Of a stretch of 64,000 nucleotides of DNA, positions 55,301 to 64,000 are shown in pieces. A program made the translations under genes and the position numbers. The first letter of the stretch is position 1, and each line of letters starts with the position of its first letter. The notes beneath the pieces are model-generated. The model saw only the letters and a list, made by a program, of their open reading frames with translations. It had not been told where the DNA came from and made no database searches. Source of the DNA: Patescibacteria group bacterium (GTDB taxonomy: Bacteria > Patescibacteriota > Patescibacteriia > UBA10025 > JAHIVO01); NCBI GenBank assembly GCA_028718605.1, contig JAQULM010000002.1, positions 1,776 through 65,775 on the forward strand. The letters run 5' to 3'.

Positions 55301-57451
55301 GAGCTGGATGCCGACACGTGAGGGAACCGGACAATTATTCCAATCATTGCCCGGCACTGCTGAAATATCGCACGGCGTAACGCCAATCGCCGCTTCAAGT
55401 TCGGTAATTTCATTTACTTTTATTATGACGTAGCTATTCTTCCAGGTCTCCTCACAGGGCGGATCAGGCGGCACTTCAGCCTGGACTGACTGGCCAGTCG
55501 CCAGGTTTCGGAAATATGCCTGGCCGCTGTCGCCAAAACCCGCGTCAGTATCGCCTCGTTTCCATACTGCAATATACTGCCCCTTACCGCCGTGGGGTTG
55601 CTTGGATAATCCCGAAATCTTTCCGACCTGCGGGCTCCGCACGTCGAGATCAGCCGCATTACTGTCCGTCACGCACGTACCTCTAGGGCATTCCGTCGGG
55701 ATCGCTGCCGGATTGCACGGGCCGAGGTCATTGTCTCCGCCAGAACACACGCCCGGGATAATCCGCACCACAACGCCACCGTCCACAGCACCGGACGTTG
55801 CCGTATCACCGTAAAATTGAGGGCGGCCACCAGGAACATGGGTTTCAATTGCGGTATCAGACCATCCCGCCCCCTGAATACAGCTCTGCGTCGGAAATTC
55901 ATTGAAGTTCGGCGGGATATTATCATCGAAACACGTATCGGTATGACCTACATTCCGTGAAAAATACAGGTTACCGCCGAGTCCAAAATTACTTCCATCA
56001 ATCCGGACATGATTTGCCGCATTGTCGTACTGGCCGCTCGATGCGCCAAGGTCGGTAATACCCGTAATTTCAGGAATGCACCGGTTATTTGTCGTGTCGT
56101 CGTCCGCGAAAAAATTCCATGGAGCAGCTTCGTTCGGCGGATTTGGCTCTGGATAGCCATCAACGGTCATAAAATCGTCAACGACTGATCCTTCGTCAGC
56201 CGCGTTAAAATTGCCGTCGAGATGATTACCGCATACGTCCTGAATGCCGAAGGTTTTGTCCCCGACAGTTCCAGCGAGCAATCTTACTGAGTACTGCTCG
56301 CTTTCTTGAAGCATCTGCAACGGCCGAGTTGAGAACATCTTTGGATCAGGATAGTAGATACGCTTCAATCCAGCCGGGACGCCAGCGACGTGCTCAAAAC
56401 GGACCGTCCCTGTACATGTGTCACCAGGACCGCCCGGACAGTCACCGTCAACCAAGCACGGTTGCGTCTTTGTAACAGAACAATACGACGCCTTGATTGA
56501 CGAAACGCGCATCTTGCTCGTGAAACGCGCTTGCACGGGAGTATTAAGGCAGATATCAGTACCGCCATCCAGCGGATTGATCGCTTCTACTTGCGGTGGC
56601 TCAGTGAGTGTGGTTTCGCCAGTTGAAAATATCCAGCTGTCACCGAGGAATGGATCATACGTCGCCGCGGCGTCATCTATGCCGGCAGTATCCAGTGTCA
56701 CTAAATACGTCGTATTCTGGAGATAATCAGCAGTTGGCTCAAACACGACAATTTGCGGGTCAGTATCTACAGACCAGTTTCCTGCTACTTCATCGCCGAC
56801 GCAATTCCCCGCACAGTCGCCAGACGCGCAATCAGTATCATTCACGCAACCGGCTCCGCCCGCAGCGCCCCCCTGCACTGCGAGATGCGCGTTTCCCGCA
56901 ACAGAACCAGCGGCAACGTCAGCATTGAAATATACCTGGATAATACTGCACAACGGCACGTCATCTTCGGCGCGGCCCGGATCAACCCAGACGATATTCA
57001 GCCGCGGATTGCCGCCGCCTGGCAGCGATCCGGGTCCGCCTGCGCCACCGCCTGCGCCGGTGGCTTCCTGCACCCGCCGCATAATAAAGAAAACGATCGC
57101 CCATGCGAGTAATATAATAATCAACCCAATAACCGCGCGCAGGAGTGTCTTCTTCGCGCGCGCGATCTGCTCTTCGTTCCCCCGCGCCGTCATCCACAAA
57201 AAACCGCCATACATAATCATGATGACTGCAACAAGCCCTAAAAAGCCAAGAAACCATTGTACGATCCGGATAACTGTCGACATCAAATCCGCAGTGCCGA
57301 GCCCAAACGTCGCGCCGTATTCCGGATTGATATTGACCTGTGCAAACACGGGGCTTGCGGTACCCAAAGCAACAGCGCCAAGGAGAATAGCTGCAGATAT
57401 AAAACCAGCGATCACTCCAAGTAAAATTTGCTTTGAGCTACCGTTCCGCAT
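49379..57451 (-). CDS. Giant (2690 aa) surface protein: VirB2/TrbC-like pilin N-terminus, Ig-like, IPT/TIG and Cys-rich domains
   Basis: Signal 'PVFAQ', then 'IVQWFLGFLGLVAVIMIMYGGFLWMTARGNEEQIARAKKTLLRAVIGLIIILLAWAIVFFI'; Big_5-like, TIG and Big_7-like repeats. Confidence 0.85.
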   Translation of the reverse strand: MRNGSSKQILLGVIAGFISAAILLGAVALGTASPVFAQVNINPEYGATFGLGTADLMSTVIRIVQWFLGFLGLVAVIMIMYGGFLWMTARGNEEQIARAKKTLLRAVIGLIIILLAWAIVFFIMRRVQEATGAGGGAGGPGSLPGGGNPRLNIVWVDPGRAEDDVPLCSIIQVYFNADVAAGSVAGNAHLAVQGGAAGGAGCVNDTDCASGDCAGNCVGDEVAGNWSVDTDPQIVVFEPTADYLQNTTYLVTLDTAGIDDAAATYDPFLGDSWIFSTGETTLTEPPQVEAINPLDGGTDICLNTPVQARFTSKMRVSSIKASYCSVTKTQPCLVDGDCPGGPGDTCTGTVRFEHVAGVPAGLKRIYYPDPKMFSTRPLQMLQESEQYSVRLLAGTVGDKTFGIQDVCGNHLDGNFNAADEGSVVDDFMTVDGYPEPNPPNEAAPWNFFADDDTTNNRCIPEITGITDLGASSGQYDNAANHVRIDGSNFGLGGNLYFSRNVGHTDTCFDDNIPPNFNEFPTQSCIQGAGWSDTAIETHVPGGRPQFYGDTATSGAVDGGVVVRIIPGVCSGGDNDLGPCNPAAIPTECPRGTCVTDSNAADLDVRSPQVGKISGLSKQPHGGKGQYIAVWKRGDTDAGFGDSGQAYFRNLATGQSVQAEVPPDPPCEETWKNSYVIIKVNEITELEAAIGVTPCDISAVPGNDWNNCPVPSRVGIQLVRGSDNTRTNIGEFVYTNEDPGPGLCGSDVECGVVTDPVRLYGEGFGDVAGTVPFTLNATTENAPITPPWADQQINISVPDVPNAGDPYEVTVVNPIGESNGIPFEVPCGGVPRVVESTACSSTCVGGANEGDACTNNDQCPDGACQVTDYPSPNPYKNTDDICVNVNIGVRFTHDMNDGSIINPANVFLRPCTTEACTVLGDLVGGGLTRFVWGGAGEEGTVLDPDGALTPATWYEMRVTRDVTSSSGVRMNQDYYWKFLTKDNTDPCPVERLTMNPTSHTFNATGQNFDYTSMALGPACTIVDPGDYTWAWDTDAAGVATVANVVNVGTVTSAGSGRTYVNARIPAESVVARGRVNVDLDSCAFSRPDYCSDPDNDGFDECPMSTCDEVRDRCRPVINSILPDNGPPGQPISIEGCYFRAYDPASSYVQIGGDAGNVEICENGWTNELIIAEEPGNPNGSQNLIDVNTSTATGGLSTAIDSLQNDPAVYGFDVTGNNCARICTQTALGEGYNFCDDNGDCASGNCMAPQPIPAAGLPVLCPPLSPKTGEEGDLISMSGSKLAPVGIPGVSGVQFSPGLIDTFDDIIARVGSWAVDGITRSEVQVGASSGGVHVVNTMCPSNPLPFKVKCNSNADCTTTNCCRYDGGLGYSVCVDAAECATGVPGDRCQLPSNIANNGTCSTGAELDDIPEDYLCIDTARHQAPTPPNSAAYPPVGENDCTVCCDPDQDNDGDMNDEPGGAMTLGTLKCTPDVWNCTAPGNNERGLYCGCDEDSDCGDVSAMGCGFDDERTDHCCYPRPEIAGWSPSAATQCRNISVTFTFSQSMDWSTFVYGDNTVPETTVSAISGGSVIPGKLTHTDTSFTFTPDEIFDPSENFNVWIATGRTTNTFGVAIGDNVGVTYLRGFNAGNRICTIDHLKFQWWDGAWTRPSPSYMTCSTSNCAPGDHPATPPDGYQQFWSVQSVSEDGTNLISPAPNPIRITWKEDDPKNVFTPTHNGSDIVPPNFEGPCPAESSNSLACLLTSDNASGRGRWVVTADGSASTLLPGGIGKVTDAGIILARMCSSPWPNILPPTNDDPAFEDSGLYPKLDNSPFPTRGNNNYVMNFSTWYCRDGTDLPLLASTDEVIVTEADPATVNLNDGIDSKLKSYLFVYPGTCSIAAFTTETTCVEAGASWTKTSDDAIGILVFENEGGKSLREWYQLQLGYPPQQGQGLTIDGYPAIRDGTTVYVNATNLVAGRVYTNIYLMSYHPDSSAQTIDIFNRMLDNWEFNVNLLPGQKESLQRDIQRVGDLDDIWIKLLEYKAANGHYPLLEGGSYINGMSTSRWPSWQEALGDALGGDLPVDPLNTYEEGGTECTEADGYNQETCWDDTDKAYQCPDDPPIIPDSYIYLYITNPTGEIANLYANMEYTGPEGWVTVPPVGDPCSGIANADCACVNYARNIVGSAADRTGPEITGVDSLVRNGVTVLSGTRALDVSASDAESGVDRVEFYVDGVRTYTDSDGTDGPPAWVWNFNTTGYTDAEHTVLVIAYDTLGNWSSISYRILIDNGGGPDGTTPYIELKSPVGGSTVFGAAVVIDAFATDNRVVDHIEISIDGVIVRTCNGTEGTLTCQHVWDTTAVLNGAHTLAAVAYDQALNTKEVGISVTVNNDDPNPPNPVAITEPADGATISDDVDVRVHAVDDRGIARVDVYIDNLFLASANPVGGDDFIAVLDTQLYENGSHDIDAYAFDLAGNSAAAAGITVSIDNPEKDETPPTVVFIPNTPADGTAVDGVADITVDAFDEIGVTRVNFYVDYLQRATLGGAACQNPAPACNTEAACEGACASVWAWTWPLNTLLYSDGWHTIQADALDAAGNRSASIEIRVNVRGEGAPSITMGQVSPCSAGSGTLINFGTLVTDADGIGRVDAIIQQPDGAEILRVGLNDVAPVDNFYTGTWDSTGYSGAFYVDYEAEDGFGNVSRMNNAACVAVITPP

Positions 57452-57505
57452 GGTGGTAGGTAAACCTTTTTAAAAATATTTATCTCCGATGCTGAGTAAA
57501 ATGCT

Positions 57506-57964
57506 TTATGCAGGATCGGGGGTAAGCTCTTTTTTCACAACCCGGGAAACAAACGTCCCGTCTGCTCTCCCCTTTACCTTTTTCATGACCGCTCCCATGA
57601 CAGCTCCAAAAGCGGCGTTGTCTCCGAACATAGCGACGGTCTCCTGAACAACTTTTTTAACCGCAGCCTCATCGAGCTGCTGGGGGAGATATGCATTGAT
57701 GACCGCAAGTTCCTTTCGCTCCTTTGCAGCGAGCTCCGGCCTGCCCCCCTTCTCAAACGCGTCGGCTGCTTCCCGCCGCTTCTTCGCCTGGGAATTCATG
57801 ACTGCCATTGCTTCTTCGTCGGTGAGGCCTGCCTTCTGTTTTTTCAGGGTGATTGCCTCGTTATGCAGTGCACTTTTGACAAAACGCAATACGGACACAT
57901 CGAATTCTCGATGCGCCCGGAGCGCTTCGCGTAAATCGCGTTCAATTGTTTCGAGCATGCCCAT
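57506..57964 (-). CDS. GatB/YqeY domain protein
   Basis: 'KKRREAADAFEKGGRPELAAKERKEL.VINAYLP', 'GAVMGAVMKKVKGRADG'. Confidence 0.92.
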   Translation of the reverse strand: MGMLETIERDLREALRAHREFDVSVLRFVKSALHNEAITLKKQKAGLTDEEAMAVMNSQAKKRREAADAFEKGGRPELAAKERKELAVINAYLPQQLDEAAVKKVVQETVAMFGDNAAFGAVMGAVMKKVKGRADGTFVSRVVKKELTPDPA

Positions 57965-57989
57965 GTGTAATTCGCGCTTACGTACACTT

Positions 57990-58280
57990 TTACCAACGCA
58001 CTCGCGCTTCGAGAATTTTCTTGATGGTGCCGCGTTTTTTCGGCCGCCGCGGGTCGATAAAATCGTCAAGTTTACCGATTTTTCGCAACAATTCTTTCTT
58101 ATCACGGATCATCTTGCGTCTCGTAGCCTCCTGTTTCAATTTCAGCTTACTTTTCGTGCGTTCATGGAACCTGCCCCTCTTTGCGCGAATCAAAACCCCG
58201 CTCGCTTGTACCTTCTTGGTAAACCGCCGCACGAGACTTTCTGGAGATTCGCCTTCTTTACGTCGTACTTCTACTGGCAC
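57990..58280 (-). CDS. rpsU: 30S ribosomal protein S21
   Basis: 'VEVRRKEGESPESLVRRFTKKVQASGVL'; rpsU-yqeY order; SD before GTG. Confidence 0.85.
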   Translation of the reverse strand: MPVEVRRKEGESPESLVRRFTKKVQASGVLIRAKRGRFHERTKSKLKLKQEATRRKMIRDKKELLRKIGKLDDFIDPRRPKKRGTIKKILEARVRW

Positions 58281-58474
58281 AGTACATTCACCTCCTTAAG
58301 ATGGATGTAATCAATTAATTAATTTTGAAAACCTTCTGAACCGGTTTTACGCCGGACTTTTGAAAAATTGTGAGCTTAATATACCACACGTTTTACACTT
58401 TTGTCAACGCAAATCCCACAATACACCGCTCTTGGCTTGTATTGTACGCGATAACTTCAAAATGTGCGCTAATA

Positions 58475-58816
58475 TTAGAGGATTCCTTCTAATTTCTTCC
58501 CCCCGAGCAGATGGATATGAATATGCCCAACTGCCTGGCCGCTATCTGGCCCAGTGTTCAAAACGATCTTGTAACCACTGCCGGCGATACCATGTTCTTG
58601 CGCAAGCTGCTTCGCCGCATAGAGCATGTTCCCGAGCAGGGATTGGTCAGCCGCTGAGGCATCGTTCAGGGATACGATATGCTTCTTGGGAATCAACAAG
58701 AGATGAATGGGCGCCTTGGGAGCGATATCGGGAATAACGATAAAATCATCAGTCTCTCGGATAAACCGTGCTGGCAGCTTTTTCTCAATTACTTTGCAGA
58801 AAATGCAGTCCGACAT
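58475..58816 (-). CDS. HIT family nucleotide hydrolase (HinT-like)
   Basis: 'MSDCIFCK', 'DIAPKAPIHLLLIPKKH', 'GQAVGHIHIHLLGG'. Confidence 0.95.
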   Translation of the reverse strand: MSDCIFCKVIEKKLPARFIRETDDFIVIPDIAPKAPIHLLLIPKKHIVSLNDASAADQSLLGNMLYAAKQLAQEHGIAGSGYKIVLNTGPDSGQAVGHIHIHLLGGKKLEGIL

Positions 58817-58817
58817 A

Positions 58818-60227
58818 CTACGGGTGAGCTTGATCGGCGGATGGCGTCGGTATCTTGCCGTCACGCTTTTCCACCACACCATATTTTTCGAGTCGCTTCC
58901 GAACCTCAGCAGTTATCTTCTGAAAATCGACGGTCTCCTGAATGCCACTCTCCATATCACGGATGAGAATCGTGCCATCCATCATCTCTTTCTGGCCGAT
59001 GATGAGCGCATACTTTGTCCCGAGTTTATTGGCAAGCTCCATCTGCGGCTTCAAACCGTCTTTTGCAAAACTCTCAGCAACCTTGAAACCAGCCTGGCGC
59101 AGATCTTCGAAAAGCTTCAAGGCCTTTTTCCGCGCGAGCGCTCCGAGCTGTGCGATAAAAAGCTCAGGCCGATATCCGGCGCCGATCGAAATCGCACGGT
59201 CCTTCAGCTCGATAATGCATCGCTCAATGCCTCCCGCATATCCAATCGCAGGCGTCGGTTGGCCCCCGAGTGTCTCAACGAGCGTATCATAGCGGCCTCC
59301 GCCGCCGAGCGCACTTTGTGCTGATTGTTTCACGCTACCATCAGTCCCCGGAGCGATGGCGGCGTTCGGCTCAGGCCAGATTTCGAAAACTGTCCCTGTA
59401 TAATAATCGAGGCCTCGGACAAGGCGTGAATTCAGGACATAAGGAATCTCAACCTCATCCAAATGTTCGAGGACCTGGACAAAATGTTTGTTCGATTCTT
59501 CATCGAGATGGTCGATGATCTGGGGTGCATCCTGGGCGAGCACCTGGCAGTCAGGAACTTTGCAATCCAAGAGGCGCATCGGGTTTTTCTGCAGCCGCTG
59601 CCGGCAATCCTCGCACAACGAGTTTTTCCGGGACTTGTAGTACTCAATCAGCGCTTTCCGGTAATCAGCCCGCGACTCGGGTGATCCGATACTGTTTACC
59701 TGCAGTGATACGGGTAATTTCGCACCAGCATAAAAATTATATGCAAGCATCATGAGCTGCGCGTCAATCACGGGATGGCGCTCCCCGATAACTTCAAACC
59801 CGAATTGGTAAAACTGGCGATACCTCCCTGCTTGCGGACGATCATATCGGAAAAATGGGCCGATGTAAAACAGCTTCACTGGCTGTGGACGGCTCAGCAT
59901 CCCATGTTCAATATATGCTCGAACAACGCTCGCGGTACCCTCTGGAGCCAGTGAAACTGATTCTCCGCCTTTATCTTGAAACGTGTACATTTCTTTCTCA
60001 ACAATGTCAGTGTCTTTCCCGACCGAACGCACGAACAGCCCTGTTTCCTCTATGAGAGGTGTCTTAATAAGCCCGAATCCATACGCCTGTGCAATCGTTG
60101 CGAGACGATCCTGAATAAAATCCCAATACTGCTGTTCTTCCGGAAGAACGTCTTTCATGCCCCGTAACAGCTGGATCTGTTTTTTAGGGCGCTCGGCTGT
60201 CTTTTTTGGTGCCTCTTCTTTTGGCAT
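58818..60227 (-). CDS. hisS: Histidine-tRNA ligase
   Basis: 'LRGMKD', 'FRYDRPQAGRYRQF', 'LVRGLDYYT', 'GGGGRYD'. Confidence 0.97.
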   Translation of the reverse strand: MPKEEAPKKTAERPKKQIQLLRGMKDVLPEEQQYWDFIQDRLATIAQAYGFGLIKTPLIEETGLFVRSVGKDTDIVEKEMYTFQDKGGESVSLAPEGTASVVRAYIEHGMLSRPQPVKLFYIGPFFRYDRPQAGRYRQFYQFGFEVIGERHPVIDAQLMMLAYNFYAGAKLPVSLQVNSIGSPESRADYRKALIEYYKSRKNSLCEDCRQRLQKNPMRLLDCKVPDCQVLAQDAPQIIDHLDEESNKHFVQVLEHLDEVEIPYVLNSRLVRGLDYYTGTVFEIWPEPNAAIAPGTDGSVKQSAQSALGGGGRYDTLVETLGGQPTPAIGYAGGIERCIIELKDRAISIGAGYRPELFIAQLGALARKKALKLFEDLRQAGFKVAESFAKDGLKPQMELANKLGTKYALIIGQKEMMDGTILIRDMESGIQETVDFQKITAEVRKRLEKYGVVEKRDGKIPTPSADQAHP

Positions 60228-60236
60228 AGATAAAAT

Positions 60237-60884
60237 CTATTGATTATATGCAGGAACAGTAAAATGCTGGAACTCATCAAATGGCCATACCCGCAACCAT
60301 GCCCGACCGACAATATACTCCCGATTCAGGGGACCGAATATCCTTGAATCCAAGCTCACCGTCCGATTATCCCCGAGCACGTAATACTCCTCTTCCCCAA
60401 GCTGAATCGTAATTTCACCGGAGGTCTTTGTCCCCTCTGCCAAATAGCTCTCGCGTATCATGAATCCATCGATGTTCTGGTTGTTATATATGTATACGTT
60501 TCCTTCCCGCAACTCAATCGTCTCCCCAGGAAGGCCAATAATCCGTTTGATAAAAAATTCTGAGTGGCGGTCAGGATTCTTCACAACGACTACCTCGCCG
60601 CGCTTCGGTTCTGTAAAACGATAGGTAATCTCATCGATAATCAAATATTCACTGTCGTGGAATGACGGCTCCATTGATGCGCCCCGGACATAGAACGGTT
60701 GGAAAAGAAAATACCGTATGGGAATGATCACCGCGAGCGCGATGAGAACGATTTTTACGAGTTCGATGATGAAGGCGCGCGGAGACTGCGCAAACGAGGC
60801 GCTCGTATCTTCTACCTTGCCCTGGCGCTTCTCTTGTTTTATTTCCTTCTCCCGCTGCTCGCTTGATCCGAATGATAGTCGCAT
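60237..60884 (-). CDS. lepB: Signal peptidase I
   Basis: 'GASMEP', 'FIKRIIGLPGE', 'GDNRTVSLDSR'. Confidence 0.95.
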   Translation of the reverse strand: MRLSFGSSEQREKEIKQEKRQGKVEDTSASFAQSPRAFIIELVKIVLIALAVIIPIRYFLFQPFYVRGASMEPSFHDSEYLIIDEITYRFTEPKRGEVVVVKNPDRHSEFFIKRIIGLPGETIELREGNVYIYNNQNIDGFMIRESYLAEGTKTSGEITIQLGEEEYYVLGDNRTVSLDSRIFGPLNREYIVGRAWLRVWPFDEFQHFTVPAYNQ

Positions 60885-60927
60885 AATTGTGTCAAATCAT
60901 TATTCTGTACTTATATCTCATGCTGTA

Positions 60928-61004
60928 TGGTGGGTTCGAGAGGAGTTGAACCTCTGACCTCCACAATGTCAATGTGGCGCTCTAACCAACTGAGCTACGA
61001 ACCC
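60928..61004 (-). tRNA. tRNA-Val (GAC)
   Basis: Minus strand GGGTTCGTAGCTCAGTTGGTTAGAGCG-CCACA-TTGACAT-TGTGG...GGTTCAACTCC..CGAACCCACCA. Confidence 0.95.
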
Positions 61005-61077
61005 ATACGAGCATCAATTGTAAATGGATTCCGCGGGAGCAGTCCTGAGGGCCGACGATCCAGCTATACAATGGCCA

Positions 61078-61151
61078 TGGTCGCGGCTGGAGTCGAACCA
61101 GCGACCTCTGCAATGTGAATGCAGCGCTCTAACCAACTGAGCTACGCGACC
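61078..61151 (-). tRNA. tRNA-Val (CAC), CCA not encoded
   Basis: Minus strand GGTCGCGTAGCTCAG...CTGCA-TTCACAT-TGCAG...GGTTCGACTCC..CGCGACCA. Confidence 0.95.
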
Positions 61152-61267
61152 GCGGTTGGTACGAACAATTTCGGCGAAAACACCTTAAAAAACAGCACAA
61201 GTAGGAACAGTATACCAAAAAAAACTGGCAAAGTAAAGCTTTGGGGATTGAACATTTTTCTGGAGGT

Positions 61268-62005
61268 TTATGTGTTCTGTTTGCGATCGTCCGCTTTCTT
61301 TTGATTTTGGAAACGCAATAACAGTACTTTCCAAAAACTTTCGACCATAATACCGACATTAAATTTCGATACTCCTGCCCGCCGTTCAATGAAAAATATC
61401 GGAATCTCGCGGATACGAAAACCTTGCCGGAGTGCCTTGTAGGTCAGTTCAATCTGAAAATTATATCCGCGTGATTCAAGGTGGCTAAAATCGAGCGTTT
61501 CGAGCACCTGCCGCCGAAAACATTTAAACCCGCCCGTCAGATCGTGGACTGGAACGCCTAAAATTACCCGTATGAAAGCGTTTGCGAATCGGCTGATGCA
61601 CCGCCGTACGAATCCCCAGTTCTCCACGCCCCCTCCCTGCATATATCGCGAACCGAGTACGACGTCCGCTCGCGATATTTCCTCGAGGAACTGTGGGAGA
61701 TATTTTGGCTGATGTGAAAAATCGGCATCCATCTCAAACACATAGGCACACGCGGGATCCTTAAGCACATGCTGAAATCCAGCGATATACGCCTTACCGA
61801 GTCCTTCTTTACATGACCGGTGAAGTACCGCAATCTCCTGATAGCGCTGCGCCAGAGTGTCAGCGAGTGCGCCGGTACCGTCAGGTGAATTGTCATCAAC
61901 GATGAGAATTGAGAGCCCTGGGATCTTCTGCTCGAGTATTGCTCGGGTAATTCCCGCAAGGTTTTCCCGCTCATTGAATGTTGGGAGGATGACGACTGAT
62001 TTCAT
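61268..62005 (-). CDS. Polyprenol monophosphomannose synthase-like GT2
   Basis: 'ILPTFNEREN', 'VDDNSPDGT', 'EMDADFSH', 'DLTGGFKCFRR'. Confidence 0.92.
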   Translation of the reverse strand: MKSVVILPTFNERENLAGITRAILEQKIPGLSILIVDDNSPDGTGALADTLAQRYQEIAVLHRSCKEGLGKAYIAGFQHVLKDPACAYVFEMDADFSHQPKYLPQFLEEISRADVVLGSRYMQGGGVENWGFVRRCISRFANAFIRVILGVPVHDLTGGFKCFRRQVLETLDFSHLESRGYNFQIELTYKALRQGFRIREIPIFFIERRAGVSKFNVGIMVESFWKVLLLRFQNQKKADDRKQNT

Positions 62006-62150
62006 ATTATGAATAGTGGCATAGTGGCATTGTACCACGTTGGATTGCGGCATGTACAGCAATGCAACGCATCCTCCTGGCACAATCTGCTTTCCTATTG
62101 CTGTACTTTTGACGATGTGTCGTCTTCCTATTATAATATAGCTACATTCT

Positions 62151-63629
62151 ATGCCTGATTTATTAAAGGTTACCGAACCGGCCACCAAGGTGGACCCGAG
62201 CGTCTACCATACAACAAAAATCCCAAAGAGATCGTCGCTCTTATGGCGTTCGACCGTGCTTTTGCTCGTGATAGTAATCCTCATCGGCATCGGCTTTCTC
62301 GCAAAAGCAGTGCTCGCCATAAACAGTACCAATGATGCTTCGGGCAAAAAAATCGGTTTTTTTGAACAAATCAAGAATTTGGTGGTAAATCCTAGCGACC
62401 AGCTTGACGGTGAGAAAGACGACAGGATTAACATTCTACTCGCAGGGATCGGAGGCGCGGGGCATGATGGGGCGTATCTCGCCGATACTATTATCGTCGC
62501 AAGCATCAAACCGTCGACCAACGAGGTTGCCATGCTCTCAATCCCGCGCGATCTGTACGTAGAAATCCCAGGATACGGATCGCGAAAAATCAATAATGCT
62601 CTTGCGTTCGGTCAAATGAAAGATTCAAACGGCGGCGGGGAAGCACTGCTCGCACAAACTGTCGAATCGGTCATCGGAATCCCCATCCACTATTACGCAC
62701 GCCTTGACTTCGAAGGTTTTCGAAAAGCAATCGATGATCTCGGCGGCGTCGACATCACGGTTGACCAGAGTTTTTCCGATTCACAGTACCCTGACTATAA
62801 CCATGGATACCAGCCAATCTCATTTACCACAGGCGAGCAGCATATGTCAGGGGAGCGCGCCCTCCAATACGTCCGCTCACGGCATGGGACAAATGGCGAA
62901 GGATCCGACTTCGCACGTTCAAAGCGGCAGCAAAAGGTGTTGCTGGCGCTGAAGAATAAATTTTTTTCGCTCAATTCACTTGTGAACCCTGCGCGTATCG
63001 TTTCCGCGCTCGATGATCTCGGCGATCATAACCGCACAAACCTTCAAATATGGGAAATTGTAAAAATCGCAAAACTCGCCCAGAATATCACATCCGACAG
63101 TTTGATTACACAAGTGCTGGAAACAGGTCCGGAAGGAGTGCTCGTCTCCGACATGACAGAGGACGGGGCATACATACTTCGCCCGAAATCGGGTGACTTC
63201 TCAGAAATTAAATACCTCGTAAAAAATATTTTTTCTGAAAATTTGATACGGGAAGAAAACGCGAGCATCGAAGTGCAAAACGGAACGTCGGTCGCCGGAC
63301 TCGCCACGATAACAGCCGAATGGTTGCGCGGCATGAAGTACACGGTCGATAAAGTTGGCAACGCCGGAGTCGGCACGACGTATGAAAAAACAACCATTTA
63401 CGATCTTACCGGCGGGGCAAAACCGTATACGCTCGTCAGCCTCCGCAATCTGCTCAATGCTACCATTTCACCAACCCTCCCCCCCTTCATGACGCATGGC
63501 GATTTAAATTACGAAACCCTCACGGGATTGGACAATGCGACGAATGTTAATCCGAGTTCGGAAGATATCGATGTCGTCATTGTCGTCGGTACCGATCGTG
63601 CTGAAGACTCACAAAATGCTGCCAACTAG
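62151..63629 (+). CDS. LCP (LytR-CpsA-Psr) family protein with LytR C-terminal domain
   Basis: 'INILLAG', 'LADTII', 'LSIPRDL', 'YVRSRH..SDFARSKRQQ', 'IEVQNGTSVAGLA'. Confidence 0.93.
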   Translation: MPDLLKVTEPATKVDPSVYHTTKIPKRSSLLWRSTVLLLVIVILIGIGFLAKAVLAINSTNDASGKKIGFFEQIKNLVVNPSDQLDGEKDDRINILLAGIGGAGHDGAYLADTIIVASIKPSTNEVAMLSIPRDLYVEIPGYGSRKINNALAFGQMKDSNGGGEALLAQTVESVIGIPIHYYARLDFEGFRKAIDDLGGVDITVDQSFSDSQYPDYNHGYQPISFTTGEQHMSGERALQYVRSRHGTNGEGSDFARSKRQQKVLLALKNKFFSLNSLVNPARIVSALDDLGDHNRTNLQIWEIVKIAKLAQNITSDSLITQVLETGPEGVLVSDMTEDGAYILRPKSGDFSEIKYLVKNIFSENLIREENASIEVQNGTSVAGLATITAEWLRGMKYTVDKVGNAGVGTTYEKTTIYDLTGGAKPYTLVSLRNLLNATISPTLPPFMTHGDLNYETLTGLDNATNVNPSSEDIDVVIVVGTDRAEDSQNAAN

Positions 63630-63667
63630 GAACGGTTCAATTGCAGTACCTCAATAATGCCACGCAT

Positions 63668-64000
63668 ATGAATACTCGATTGCCGAAAGTAGCCCTCGTC
63701 GGGCGAATTAATGCTGGAAAATCAACGCTCTTCAATACCCTCACCGAGAGAGGCAAGGCAATCGTTTCCCCGGAGCCGGGAACGACGCGGGATTTAAATT
63801 ACGCCACAATCAACTGGCGGGGAATCCCGTTTGAAGTTATCGATACGGGCGGGCTCGATGCGGCGACGCTTGGTGAAATCGAACAGTTTGTTGAACGAAA
63901 AGCCCTTGAAGCGATCGCAAAAGCGGATCTCGTCGTTTTCGTTATCGACGGCAGGACTGAAATTTCATCTGACGACCGGGTAATCGCCCGTTCACTGGTG
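63668..64000 (+). CDS. der: Ribosome biogenesis GTPase Der/EngA, 5' part only
   Basis: Manual translation MNTRLPKVALVGRINAGKSTLFN..PGTTRD..IDTGGL; runs off the window end. Confidence 0.88.
   Translation, partial: MNTRLPKVALVGRINAGKSTLFNTLTERGKAIVSPEPGTTRDLNYATINWRGIPFEVIDTGGLDAATLGEIEQFVERKALEAIAKADLVVFVIDGRTEISSDDRVIARSLV

Noticed and set aside
60927-61304. Short ORFs MVGSRGVEP... and MQRSNQLSY...
   Set aside because: Antisense translations of the two tRNA-Val genes.
1-64000. CRISPR array, transposase, integrase, rRNA, prophage structural genes
   Set aside because: No regularly spaced repeat-spacer pattern or diagnostic motifs seen by eye; very degenerate elements could be missed.

Overview
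64 kb of an intact bacterial chromosome read with genetic code 11 (TGA is used as stop). Gene content and style point to Patescibacteria/CPR, probably an ABY1 or Kerfeldbacteria-like lineage; this is inference from split comEC, ftsA-ftsZ without mur/ftsQ neighbours, a giant VirB2-type pilin fusion, FG-GAP-tailed surface proteins, Asn-rich linkers and many starts lacking a Shine-Dalgarno (SD) site. The backbone is housekeeping: tgt, recO, ileS, argS, smpB-tmRNA, infC-rpmI-rplT, glmS, frameshifted prfB, glnA, htrA, nrdR, ftsZ/ftsA, ybeY, rpsU, hisS, lepB, der and three tRNAs. Accessory features: (i) a tRNA-Asp nested in a perfect inverted repeat, flanked by partial self-copies and followed by a divergent butyrate-kinase-like gene; (ii) FecR/FN3 and NHL/FG-GAP surface proteins; (iii) a translationally coupled, strong-SD three-gene operon of unknown proteins (27030-30818) ending in a membrane protein with a dockerin-like module and preceded by a Cys-rich uORF, which is my best candidate for an undescribed system; (iv) a 2690-aa pilin-fused adhesin cluster. 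I saw no CRISPR array, transposase, integrase or rRNA. All calls are by eye; no searches were run.
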